IMG/VR virus record: IMGVR_UViG_3300023284_000581
Span: 1 to 52,582 of that record
DNA from: a virus
Lineage: Duplodnaviria; Caudoviricetes
Reading direction: 5' to 3' (one strand)
DNA: 52,582 nucleotides
Made by a program: the position numbers and the translations under genes
The notes under the pieces: generated by a model
The model's input: the letters and a program-made list of their open reading frames with translations, nothing else
Told to the model about the DNA's origin: nothing
Databases searched by the model: none
Shown here: positions 1 to 8,442 of the stretch, in pieces
Numbering within the stretch: position 1 is the stretch's first letter
Layout of the letters: each line of letters opens with the position of its first letter

Positions 1-144
1 GCCGCTTGGTCGGCGATCCATGTACTGCATTCGAAGCGCACGGCCGACATATCGTTCTTCGAAAACAATGCCCGGCCGGACTTCCTGCTGACCGCCAAAC
101 CCGGGACCAACCCGGATCAGGTCGATCGCCTGGATTCGAAAATC
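1..144. repeat. Terminal direct repeat (copy 1), assembly overlap of a circular genome
   Basis: Bases 1-144 are identical to 52439-52582 (gccgcttggtcggcg...ggattcgaaaatc), and the portal reading frame continues across the join. Confidence 0.97.
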
Positions 145-1413
145 AGTAAGCTGCTGCGCGGTGCCCGTAAGGCCGGGCGCTGGCTGTCCGTAACGGGTGA
201 CATCACGGTTACGCCGATGCAGTTCCCGCCCAAGGATGCGGGGCTGGACCCATCGGTGCTGGAGGAACTTGCGGCTGTATTCGGCTACCCGATCACGAAG
301 CTCAAGGGCAACGACCCGAACCGCGCCAACGCGGAGCAGGGCGACCTGACCCACATGCGCGATACGATTCTGCCGATGCTGCGCGGCGATGAGGAGCGGA
401 TCAACCAGTGGCTTGAGGAGATCGATGAGGTGTTCGCGAACGGTGACGCCTGTTTTGCCTACGACGATCCGGTGCCGGTGAATCAGGAGCAGAAGCGTGC
501 TGATGAATTTCATCAGTTCCAAACCGGCCAGGTGTCATCCAATACGCTGGCGGTCGGCAACGGCCTGGAGCCGAATGAGGGCGGCGATAGTCCGCTGGTC
601 AATGCCGGACTGGTTAAGTTGCAGGACGTGGGCAAACAGCCGGCGGGCCTGTTCGGTGGTCTCGGTGGATTCGGCGGGGCGCAGGGGAGCCCGGGGGCGG
701 GGGTTCCGGGGTTGACGTTGCAGCCGACTGGGGGCGGGCTGCAATTACCAGGTGCACCGAAGCCCGATCAGGACGGCGCTGCAGATCAGGCAGCGCAGAA
801 TGTCGTGGCGGGCGAGAAGCTGAACGGCGCCAAGATCACTGCTGCCGTGGAAGTCCTGGATAAGGTCACGGCAGGGCAGACGCCTCCCGAGGTCGGCAAG
901 GAATTGCTTGTAGCCGTGGGCATCGATGAGGGGCGGGCCAGTCGAATGATCGCATCGGTCGAGGCATTTGAACCAGCGCCCGTGTCCGCGCCATCTGGTA
1001 AAATAGCCGGCAATGTTCAACCTGATATTTCTAGTCGAGACCTGGGGCGAACATCCGGTGACGATCCGGGACGAGTCGATCAGGATTCCTCGGATGCAGC
1101 CAACCGTTCTATCGGTAGTGACTCGGACGGAAATCAAACCCTTCGAGATTGTGATAAATCGCTTGGGCACATCGAAGAACGTGGAAGTGGCGATGGCGAT
1201 GGCCGATCAGACAAGGCTGCTTCACCACCCACTGACGGACCTGCCGGACAATCTGCTGGACCTGATGAACAAGCGACCCGCGCCAGCATCGAACTCGGCA
1301 AATCTTCGCCAGTAAGATACAAACTCAAGCTCTACGCGATCCCGCCACTAGTCCAACAGATCGCTGCTGACAGCGCCCGGGCCCAAGCTGGTTGGGCTGC
1401 TGATATGCATTGA
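1..1413 (+). CDS. Portal protein, C-terminal part (continues from 51659 across the circular join; about 730 aa total)
   Basis: Frame 1 is open from base 1 (AAWSAIHVLHSKRTADISFFENNARPDFLL), giving the HK97-portal-like FF.N.ARP motif. It is followed by a long Gly/Pro/Asp/Ser-rich extension. Confidence 0.88.
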   Translation, partial: AAWSAIHVLHSKRTADISFFENNARPDFLLTAKPGTNPDQVDRLDSKISKLLRGARKAGRWLSVTGDITVTPMQFPPKDAGLDPSVLEELAAVFGYPITKLKGNDPNRANAEQGDLTHMRDTILPMLRGDEERINQWLEEIDEVFANGDACFAYDDPVPVNQEQKRADEFHQFQTGQVSSNTLAVGNGLEPNEGGDSPLVNAGLVKLQDVGKQPAGLFGGLGGFGGAQGSPGAGVPGLTLQPTGGGLQLPGAPKPDQDGAADQAAQNVVAGEKLNGAKITAAVEVLDKVTAGQTPPEVGKELLVAVGIDEGRASRMIASVEAFEPAPVSAPSGKIAGNVQPDISSRDLGRTSGDDPGRVDQDSSDAANRSIGSDSDGNQTLRDCDKSLGHIEERGSGDGDGRSDKAASPPTDGPAGQSAGPDEQATRASIELGKSSPVRYKLKLYAIPPLVQQIAADSARAQAGWAADMH

Positions 1414-1437
1414 AACAGACCAATCGTCGGTTATACT
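1410..1437 (+). promoter_or_regulatory. Putative sigma70 promoter TTGAAA-16-TATACT
   Basis: Near-consensus hexamers in the gap before the 1469 gene. Confidence 0.45.
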
Positions 1438-1468
1438 TGTCGGCGATGATTACAATAGGGGTTAACGA

Positions 1469-1846
1469 ATGGCTTTTACGATTCCGAAGGAAAAATTTGG
1501 CAAGACCAAGGGCGGCGGCAGATTCCACAGCGCGACTGCGACCGGCACCGGGGTGATGGATGAGTCTCTGACCACGGGGCTGAATTGTTCCGTGAGGGAA
1601 ATCCGCCTGCACCTGAGCGCTGCCGGGGCCACGGCTGAAAACTTTACCGGGCAACACGACGCCCAAGAGGGCGTGGTCTTCGATCTTCTGATTGTATCGC
1701 AGGACATGAATGGCGAAACTGATTTTCACCGCGTCTATGATGGCGAGGGCATGGTGTTGGATCAGAACGACCTAATAGATTTTGATTATGCCAACACCGA
1801 CGCGCGTACCTGGGGGTTGGAGATCATCTACAAGGAATTACGCTAA
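1469..1846 (+). CDS. Hypothetical protein, probably virion-associated
   Basis: 125 aa ORF coupled to the next gene (TAATG overlap), beta-rich composition. Confidence 0.6.
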   Translation: MAFTIPKEKFGKTKGGGRFHSATATGTGVMDESLTTGLNCSVREIRLHLSAAGATAENFTGQHDAQEGVVFDLLIVSQDMNGETDFHRVYDGEGMVLDQNDLIDFDYANTDARTWGLEIIYKELR

Positions 1847-2457
1847 TGACTGATTTCCTAAGCGGTATAGAACAAACTGGCGGTGTACCAGCCGCGCATA
1901 CTTTAGGCGGCGCGCAGCACACCGCAGACACACTCGCGAATCTCAACACCAAGGTGTCGGACGCCACGCTTGACGAGATAAGCCATCTGGATGACTTCGA
2001 TGCTAATGATGCCATATTCCCATCGTCAAATCCAGCGGCGGCAATCGCGAGAAACAATCATCCGGTTCTTGCGTTCGATGCTGACACTGCTGAATCCGTT
2101 ATCTTCAATGGCTCGATGCTCAGGGATTACCTAGCAGCTAGCATCCTAGTGGACATCGATTGGGTTTCCGCGTCGGCTGTTGTTGGTGACGTCGTCTGGG
2201 GAATCGAGATTGAACGAATCGCACCGGGTGCTCAAGACATTGGCTCCGATGGGTTCGCCGCTCAGATAACCGGAACGAGCACCACAAGCGGGACGACGGG
2301 CATCATCACGCGCACGACCATAACGTTGACACAGGCGCAGGCCGATGCCATCACAGCGGGAGATGGCTACCGCATGCGAGTACAACGAGTTGCTGCTGAT
2401 GGCGGTGACACGATGCTGCTCGACGCTCAAATCGTTCGCGTGATCGTGAGGCAATAA
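1846..2457 (+). CDS. Putative virion structural/decoration protein
   Basis: Ala/Thr/Asp-rich beta-sandwich-like sequence in the head region with coupled overlaps on both sides. Confidence 0.6.
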   Translation: MTDFLSGIEQTGGVPAAHTLGGAQHTADTLANLNTKVSDATLDEISHLDDFDANDAIFPSSNPAAAIARNNHPVLAFDADTAESVIFNGSMLRDYLAASILVDIDWVSASAVVGDVVWGIEIERIAPGAQDIGSDGFAAQITGTSTTSGTTGIITRTTITLTQAQADAITAGDGYRMRVQRVAADGGDTMLLDAQIVRVIVRQ

Positions 2458-3146
2458 TGGCTCGCAACTTCGACGGCATAGACGATCACCTGGAGGTCGG
2501 CGATGTTCCGGCCCTGCGATTTCTGGGCGGTTCTGCGGATAAGATGTCGATCTCGGTGTGGGTCAAGATCGCATCCAAGACCGCCGAGAAGAAGGTGGTG
2601 GCCAAGTGGGAAGATGAACCTGATGAAACTCAGCGCAGCTATCTTTTAACAATTGACACTGGCGATAATGACACTCCCCGCTTCGCTGTTACCAATGCGA
2701 GCGGCACCGTTGCGATCACGAGCGCGACGACCAATATGGTCATCGGGACGTGGCATCACCTCGCCGGAACTTACGATGGGGCGAACGTCCGGATCTACGT
2801 CGATGGACTAGAGGAAGGTTCGGCTGCATTGACCGGTGCTATTAAATCAACCACAGCCGTAGTTAGGGTTGGCAGCGGTTCAGGGGGTCCCACCGTAGAA
2901 AACCCAATGCATGGCGACATTGGACATCTTGCGGCGTGGGACGTCGCGCTGAGCCCGGGTGAAGTGCAAACATTGGCGACGGGCCTTTCGCCGCTGAGAA
3001 TTAACAGAGCGAACCTAACGTTCTACGGTCCGATCAACGGCCAGTCGCCTGGGCTAGATGTGGTTGGCAGCCTTCCCTTGACAGTAACGGGAACGACCGT
3101 CAGCGAAGAACCCCCGATCCCCAATAGCATTGTGTGCCCGGGATGA
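2457..3146 (+). CDS. LamG / concanavalin A-like lectin domain protein (head appendage or adhesin)
   Basis: SISVWVK, GTWHHLAGTYDGANVRIYVDG and GDIGHLAAWDVALSPGEV are typical Laminin_G_3 motifs. Confidence 0.85.
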   Translation: MARNFDGIDDHLEVGDVPALRFLGGSADKMSISVWVKIASKTAEKKVVAKWEDEPDETQRSYLLTIDTGDNDTPRFAVTNASGTVAITSATTNMVIGTWHHLAGTYDGANVRIYVDGLEEGSAALTGAIKSTTAVVRVGSGSGGPTVENPMHGDIGHLAAWDVALSPGEVQTLATGLSPLRINRANLTFYGPINGQSPGLDVVGSLPLTVTGTTVSEEPPIPNSIVCPG

Positions 3147-3147
3147 A

Positions 3148-4902
3148 ATGACTGAAACTATCGCCGACAAAATCGCAAACGGCACGCCCCTCGACTTGAT
3201 GGAGAAGAAGACGGTCGTGGATTCGTGGGACGGGCTGTCGCCCGATCAGCGCGTTCGATATGGCGGTGATGTCGGGTTGCGGTGGATGCAGAAGACGATC
3301 GAGCAGGATGGCAAGAACCTGGGCTCGGGTTTGGTCGATAAATTCCTGAAGACTGGCAAGGTCGGATCGAACAAGGTCACGCGCCTGCCCGGGGAGTCGG
3401 TAGACGAGTGCGTTGAGCGTGCGGTCCCGCTACTGATCAACGAGGGCATGGAGCAGGACGAGGCGGTGGCGGTCGCCCACTCGATGTGCGAGAAATGTAT
3501 CAAGGCCAAGGGCCCCGAACAGTTCGCCCAGTGGGTGGCCGATCAGGGCGATAAGGTCGAAGCTGCTTGGATGCGCGGGATGCAGGTATTTGTCAGTATG
3601 CCCGCCAGTGAAGGCCAGGAAGACTTCGAAGATGTAATCCACGAACTGCAGGAGCTGCTTGGCGATGATTACATGGTGGACGTGCAGACCGAAGCCGAGC
3701 CGACCGAGGGCGAGGGCTGGGAACGGGTGAAGTACAACGGGGAAGACGAGGATGAGAAGCAAAAGCGATGGACCCGAAAGGAATTCTACCGCGATGAGCT
3801 TACGCCGCTTGGCCGTTGGATGTATGACTGGGGCGGCGACAGCCAGGAGATATTGATCCTTAAACCGCCATCGAATATCGGCGCTGAGCCTGATCCAAAC
3901 AGGACGGTCGAAAAGTTCCTACTGTCCCAAGCCAAAGCGGCTTGGCGTGCCAAAGTCGAAGCCGCCGAAGACATCCGCGACGAAGAGCCCGACGCGCCGA
4001 TCATTCGCCTCGCTCGCGGATTGGCCGACATCTTCGCACGACAAGAGGCTGAGGTTCTGGCCGCTGTGGTCGAGTCAAACAAGGGTAAAAAGTCCGTCCG
4101 CTTCAAGATCAACCAGGGCGACATCGACCGCATCCTCCAGATTATCAGCAGCTTTGATGACGAGATTATCGACCTGATGGGGCCGTTCGCCGAGGGCATG
4201 GTTGGGCTGGGCGGCGATGCTGGCATTGTCCGACTAAACGATCAGTTTGGTCGGCTTGTCGAGGGCGACCCCGACGCGCCGGTCATCGCCGCCTTCGACG
4301 TGACCAACCCGGAGGTGCAGAAGTTCCTCGAATCCTACGCCATTCAGTTGACCGATCAGGTACAACAGCAGTCGGCCGATGCGATCAACCGGGTGCTGCA
4401 ACAGTCGCTCGAAGAGGGCGCGACGACCGCCACGATGGCCAAGCGCATCCAGGAGACGGGCCGGTTCAGCATCGCGCAGGCTGAGCGGATTGCCCGGACC
4501 GAATCGGCGCGGGCGTATGTGTCGGGACAGGATGAAAGTTGGAAGCAGAGCGGCGTTGTGGTTGGAACCCGTTGGCTCCTTGCGCCAGGCGCATGCCCGA
4601 TTTGCCAAGCTGCAGCCGCCGTATTCAACTCGACGGCCAACGGTGTGCCTGCTGGTGAAGCAGCATTAAAGAAAGGCCAGACGCTTTCGTTGCCAGGCGG
4701 CGGTACGTTCACGATTGGTTTTATCGACCTGACTGGTCCCCCGATCCACCCGCATGACCGCTGCGATAAGGTCGCGGTGCTGACCACTGATGCCGAAACC
4801 GCGAAGGCGATAAGCAAGTGGTTCGATGAATACGCGGAGACCGGTAAGTATCCGGCGCCGATCAAGGTCAAGTTGTATCGGTTTGTCCGTAAGGCGGCGT
4901 AA
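3148..4902 (+). CDS. Head morphogenesis protein (Mu F / SPP1 gp7 family) with N-terminal extension
   Basis: QAERIARTESARA, W...ACPIC and PPIHPHDRC motifs; lies between portal and protease. Confidence 0.88.
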   Translation: MTETIADKIANGTPLDLMEKKTVVDSWDGLSPDQRVRYGGDVGLRWMQKTIEQDGKNLGSGLVDKFLKTGKVGSNKVTRLPGESVDECVERAVPLLINEGMEQDEAVAVAHSMCEKCIKAKGPEQFAQWVADQGDKVEAAWMRGMQVFVSMPASEGQEDFEDVIHELQELLGDDYMVDVQTEAEPTEGEGWERVKYNGEDEDEKQKRWTRKEFYRDELTPLGRWMYDWGGDSQEILILKPPSNIGAEPDPNRTVEKFLLSQAKAAWRAKVEAAEDIRDEEPDAPIIRLARGLADIFARQEAEVLAAVVESNKGKKSVRFKINQGDIDRILQIISSFDDEIIDLMGPFAEGMVGLGGDAGIVRLNDQFGRLVEGDPDAPVIAAFDVTNPEVQKFLESYAIQLTDQVQQQSADAINRVLQQSLEEGATTATMAKRIQETGRFSIAQAERIARTESARAYVSGQDESWKQSGVVVGTRWLLAPGACPICQAAAAVFNSTANGVPAGEAALKKGQTLSLPGGGTFTIGFIDLTGPPIHPHDRCDKVAVLTTDAETAKAISKWFDEYAETGKYPAPIKVKLYRFVRKAA

Positions 4903-5111
4903 TGACTATCAACATCCTCATACCCGTAACCAACGACCTGCTGGCCAAAGGAGATCCACTGTTGCGCCAACACCTTGACACTGTGGCTGCGCAAAACCTG
5001 AAACACAAGGGCTACGATCCTGCCAAGTGCACACGGGTTGGCAAAGAGTTTGATAAGGGGCTCGTGGCGTTCAGGGTTAGTTATGAGGTTGGGGCGGAGG
5101 GAGAAAATTAA
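4902..5111 (+). CDS. Hypothetical protein
   Basis: 69 aa ORF with TAATG coupling to the upstream gene. Confidence 0.55.
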   Translation: MTINILIPVTNDLLAKGDPLLRQHLDTVAAQNLKHKGYDPAKCTRVGKEFDKGLVAFRVSYEVGAEGEN

Positions 5112-5112
5112 C

Positions 5113-5436
5113 ATGGGTATAGGATACCGAACAAATGAGTGGGGTTGTGACGTTTGCCATGTCACAGGCGAAGCGGCCGAGGATGATAATCGCTGCTCGG
5201 AATGCAGACGACTGGATCGTTATCCATTTGACCGGGATCCTTGGGCGCGACGTGTATTGCATTGGATTCTCAAGGCATATGGCGCGCCCTGTTACTGGCT
5301 AAGCCATCGCAGTCCCGTTTTCGGTAGCTTCTTTTTGGGTGCCTACTATTGGTCACTTCGCGCCACCTGCAACTGGTGCCGTTTGAACTGGTATGGGCAG
5401 CCGTGCCCGAAAACATTTAGAAAGGTCTGGTTATGA
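5113..5436 (+). CDS. Hypothetical Cys-rich protein
   Basis: ATG at 5113 after GGAGGGAG; CxxC motifs. Confidence 0.5.
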   Translation: MGIGYRTNEWGCDVCHVTGEAAEDDNRCSECRRLDRYPFDRDPWARRVLHWILKAYGAPCYWLSHRSPVFGSFFLGAYYWSLRATCNWCRLNWYGQPCPKTFRKVWL

Positions 5437-5930
5437 ACCGGGTCAGGCCATCATGTTTTGTTGAATTGATCGGGCGGGTATTTTCAGAAATGCCCTTGGG
5501 CATTTCTCGCTTATTGAACGGCACTGACTTTGCAATCGGCCTTTCGCCTTCATGGATAAATTTACACCATAGTAAATCAAGCGAGGACGGACGGTCTTAT
5601 GCCAGTACGTCGCATGCAGTTTGGCCTATGCATCAGAAGCATTTACCAATGGCACAGCGCAATGCAACAGTGGTGCTTAATGATGGTGATGAATTTGATC
5701 GCTTGTTAATTCTACATGAGTTGGGGCATATTTTAGATGAGCGACTTGATTTTGGTTCACCTAAGCCAATCGCAATATCTGACTATGCAAAAACAAGTGA
5801 CGTTGAAGCGTTTGCCACATCATTCCAAGCGTTCCTCACACCACTGGGCGAGGGGAAGTTTAATTACCCCACCTATGGCGATCTATGGGAATCAGATAGC
5901 CGCATGCTGAATTTCTTTAGGAGCTTATAA
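5433..5930 (+). CDS. Zincin-like metallopeptidase domain protein
   Basis: LILHELGHILD (HExxH) plus downstream SDYAKTSDVEAFA (third-ligand E motif); visibly AT-richer than its neighbours. Confidence 0.7.
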   Translation: MNRVRPSCFVELIGRVFSEMPLGISRLLNGTDFAIGLSPSWINLHHSKSSEDGRSYASTSHAVWPMHQKHLPMAQRNATVVLNDGDEFDRLLILHELGHILDERLDFGSPKPIAISDYAKTSDVEAFATSFQAFLTPLGEGKFNYPTYGDLWESDSRMLNFFRSL

Positions 5931-6424
5931 TGAACCGCCGCACATCCCTAAAAGCAATCGCCGCGTCCATCGCCGGTATCGTCGCCGCGCCGTTTACGGT
6001 GTTTGCGAAGCCGAAGCAGACGCAGAAGATCAGCTTGCCGCCGCTTATATTGAACGCGAACGTGGATAAATACCGGGACGGTCTGAAAAAAGCACAGGCG
6101 AAAATCATGGAAACTTTCCGACCCGCAATCATCACGCCGAAGCGGACCATTTCGCACGATGGCCGCTGGGAATATGAATGTCAATTTGTGCGTAGGGTCG
6201 GCGACAGCTTTGAACCCACCGGCGAATCCGTCTTGGCCTACAACACCAGCGAGGGCGGGCACGATCTGTATGAATTGGAAGAGGGGCTATTCGTTCAGCC
6301 CGTTGGGGCTGGCGTGAAATTGATCGCGCTGGTGTTCAAGGTCAAAACTGAATCAGGACCACGATACGCCTTCAATTATGAGAATGCTTACAGCAGCGTC
6401 AGGCCACCCGTTTACTACGGATAG
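5930..6424 (+). CDS. Tat-signal protein whose C-terminal domain resembles tail-region protein 16282-16815
   Basis: N-terminus MNRRTSLKAIAASIAGIVAAPFTVFA; shares RW.Y, A.NT.E, PVGAG and F.YENA motifs with 16282-16815. Confidence 0.7.
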   Translation: MNRRTSLKAIAASIAGIVAAPFTVFAKPKQTQKISLPPLILNANVDKYRDGLKKAQAKIMETFRPAIITPKRTISHDGRWEYECQFVRRVGDSFEPTGESVLAYNTSEGGHDLYELEEGLFVQPVGAGVKLIALVFKVKTESGPRYAFNYENAYSSVRPPVYYG

Positions 6425-6434
6425 GAGACTCATC

Positions 6435-7274
6435 ATGACACTAATCAAATCCCCACCCCGACCCGGAACCCCCGAATGGTGGGCCCAGCGCAAAGGCGAG
6501 ATGGCCGACCGCCACGGCCGCGAGGCCGAAAAGATGGTTATCAAGGTTTTGCCCGGTCGCTACAAGATCGATAAGGCTGACCCGTTCCTATTTACCGCCC
6601 AGATCACCAAGCAGATCAACGACCGCGACCGCGAGGTCGTGATGCCCGAGGGAATCCGGCTCAAGAACTTTCGGAGATCCGGCGCTGTCCATTGGATGCA
6701 CGACTTTAGTAAGCCCGTGGCCGTTCCGCGCGATGTCAAGCATGTCGGCGACACGCTTGTATCCACGGCCCGGTTTATGGAACGTGAGCCGGATATGAAG
6801 GGAGAGTTCTTCCCCGACTTCGCGCGCGCGTTCGTTACCCAGATGATCAAGGCTGGCAAGATGCCGGGCGTGTCCATCGGTTTCGAACCCCTGGAATCGC
6901 GGCGACCCACCAGCGGCGACAAAGAGAAGTTCGGCAAGGACGTGCAGTTGATTACCAGCAAGGCCGATCTGCTGGAATGGTCGATCGCGACCGTGCCGTG
7001 CAACCCTCAATCATTCGTAACCACCATCGGCAAATCGCTGGGCCTGTCGCGGCCCGCAATCAAAGAGCTGTTCTATGGCGTGGATCTGCCGGCCAAAGCG
7101 GAACCCGAGCAGGTTGTGGGCGTGATTGCCACGGTGGCGCGCAAGAAACGTGTTGGGCCGGTGCTGATCTACATGGACCCGCCGAAGAAGAAGGCCAAGA
7201 CGGTCAGGCGCGAGGATCCGCAGATCGTGGTGGCGAAGAAGGTGGCGCGGCTGAGTGGCCAGATGTTTGTTTGA
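6435..7274 (+). CDS. HK97-type prohead protease
   Basis: DRDREVVMPEG, VHWMHD (His), GVSIGF (Ser) and LLEWSIATVPCNP motifs; ATG at 6435 follows AGGAG. Confidence 0.88.
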   Translation: MTLIKSPPRPGTPEWWAQRKGEMADRHGREAEKMVIKVLPGRYKIDKADPFLFTAQITKQINDRDREVVMPEGIRLKNFRRSGAVHWMHDFSKPVAVPRDVKHVGDTLVSTARFMEREPDMKGEFFPDFARAFVTQMIKAGKMPGVSIGFEPLESRRPTSGDKEKFGKDVQLITSKADLLEWSIATVPCNPQSFVTTIGKSLGLSRPAIKELFYGVDLPAKAEPEQVVGVIATVARKKRVGPVLIYMDPPKKKAKTVRREDPQIVVAKKVARLSGQMFV

Positions 7275-7315
7275 GTAGGTGCGCGGGTACAGAGTTTTGT
7301 TCCAGTCGGTTTTGC

Positions 7316-7504
7316 TCATGTTCCTTCCTCCAACTTAAACGCCCCGTTCACCCGCTCCGCCCAGTCCGCAAGCAACCCCATCACCTGCCGATACTCCTGG
7401 TCCGGTATCTGATCGTTGATGCTCGGCACGATCTGGCGCAGGACGCCTTGGGCGCAGCGGATCTTGGTCAGGTCGGTGGCGAGGGTGTATTGGGATTCGG
7501 TCAT
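7316..7504 (-). CDS. Hypothetical protein
   Basis: 62 aa ORF coupled to 7501-7926 in a minus-strand mini-operon. Confidence 0.55.
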   Translation of the reverse strand: MTESQYTLATDLTKIRCAQGVLRQIVPSINDQIPDQEYRQVMGLLADWAERVNGAFKLEEGT

Positions 7505-7926
7505 TTTGACTTAGCCTTAAATTCACCGCACCAATCGTTACAACCATCGACATTAGGCCACATCAAGGTGCGGGCACGGGGAACAAAACCATCTCCTGGA
7601 ACATGGGGTGGCGTCTCGGATCGCGGCGTAATCATGAACACATATGCGACAGGAGGGGACTTCCGGCATTCACCATCGCCGCCTTCGATTTCATTAAAAT
7701 AATATTTGCAAAGTCGGCATTGCTCTTTGATGTCAACAATAGCATCTACCGCCTCTTCCGCAGTTTGGCCCGTAAATATTCTGGAGGTATCTTCCTGGTC
7801 TGGCTTTCCTCGCCAAGCCATCACCCCGCCGAAACGCCTGTCCACCGAAACAGTTGTATTGCGTTCTCCGTCATAGTAATAATCCATGCCACTGTAGGGG
7901 CTTTTAATCTCTTCCAACATTGCCAT
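7501..7926 (-). CDS. Hypothetical protein with C-terminal Cys metal-binding domain
   Basis: CRLCKYY...GECRKSPP...WPNV...DWCGEF pattern seen in small phage Cys proteins; GGAG SD. Confidence 0.65.
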   Translation of the reverse strand: MAMLEEIKSPYSGMDYYYDGERNTTVSVDRRFGGVMAWRGKPDQEDTSRIFTGQTAEEAVDAIVDIKEQCRLCKYYFNEIEGGDGECRKSPPVAYVFMITPRSETPPHVPGDGFVPRARTLMWPNVDGCNDWCGEFKAKSK

Positions 7927-7964
7927 CGCTCCAGCTATTATTTTTAGGCATCAACCCGCACCCG

Positions 7965-8150
7965 TCACTCCCCCACCATTGCCACAACCACACTAACTGG
8001 AATCATCCAGTAGCCTTTGGGATTTTGCCGCGCCTTATCCATCGGCGCGGTTTTGTCTTTAATCCAAACACGTCCAGTTTCGGGTGTGATGCCAAGCATT
8101 CGGCACGCTTCAGATAAACGAATGAGTCTATCGGGTTCGTTCTTTTCCAT
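7965..8150 (-). CDS. Excisionase/MerR-like helix-turn-helix DNA-binding protein
   Basis: RLIRLSEACRMLGITPETGRVWIKD...GYWMIP fits the HTH_17/AlpA-like winged HTH pattern. Confidence 0.75.
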   Translation of the reverse strand: MEKNEPDRLIRLSEACRMLGITPETGRVWIKDKTAPMDKARQNPKGYWMIPVSVVVAMVGE

Positions 8151-8156
8151 AAGTTG

Positions 8157-8205
8157 ATCTTAGTAACCACACGGAACCGCTGTCAACCCCCCTTGTTTCG
8201 TGTGG
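8157..8205 (-). promoter_or_regulatory. Leftward promoter TTGACA-18-TAAGAT with flanking inverted repeat (operator); probable leaderless start at 8150
   Basis: TTGACA (8186-8181) and TAAGAT (8162-8157) lie 6 nt before the ATG. Inverted repeat ccacacggaac 8167-8177 / gtttcgtgtgg 8195-8205. Confidence 0.6.
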
Positions 8206-8223
8206 GCAAAATAATTCCACCCC

Positions 8224-8253
8224 TTGCATCGCGCTCCACCCCGCGCTTATAAA
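8224..8253 (+). promoter_or_regulatory. Putative capsid-operon promoter TTGCAT-18-TATAAA
   Basis: Hexamers upstream of the ~185 nt capsid leader; the same TTGCAT -35 occurs in both switch promoters. Confidence 0.5.
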
Positions 8254-8276
8254 ACAACCTCAAGGCAATTCCCCTT

Positions 8277-8368
8277 CGGGCCGGATGGCTGGCAACGGCC
8301 GGGCCGGATGATCGGGGTCTTTTGCCGGGCCGGATGGTCTATCACTTCTCGATAGTCCGGGCCGGATG
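8277..8368 (+). repeat. Four direct repeats of CGGGCCGGATG in the capsid leader
   Basis: Exact copies at 8277, 8300, 8326 and 8358. Confidence 0.9.
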
Positions 8369-8442
8369 GCGAAGACGAAAGCCGCAGTGCTGTGCTTTTG
8401 CGCAGCGGGCATTCGTATTCCACCCATTCGGAGACCGGACAG

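Noticed and set aside
1-144. Biological terminal repeat of the virion DNA
   Set aside because: It falls in the middle of the portal gene and is best explained as assembler overlap of a circular or permuted genome.
5433-5930. Endolysin candidate
   Set aside because: HExxH zincin pattern rather than M15/M23/amidase motifs, no cell-wall binding domain, and not adjacent to holin-like genes; not fully excluded without a structure search.
8277-8368. Mini CRISPR array
   Set aside because: Repeats are only 11 bp with 12-21 nt uneven spacers, and no cas genes are present.
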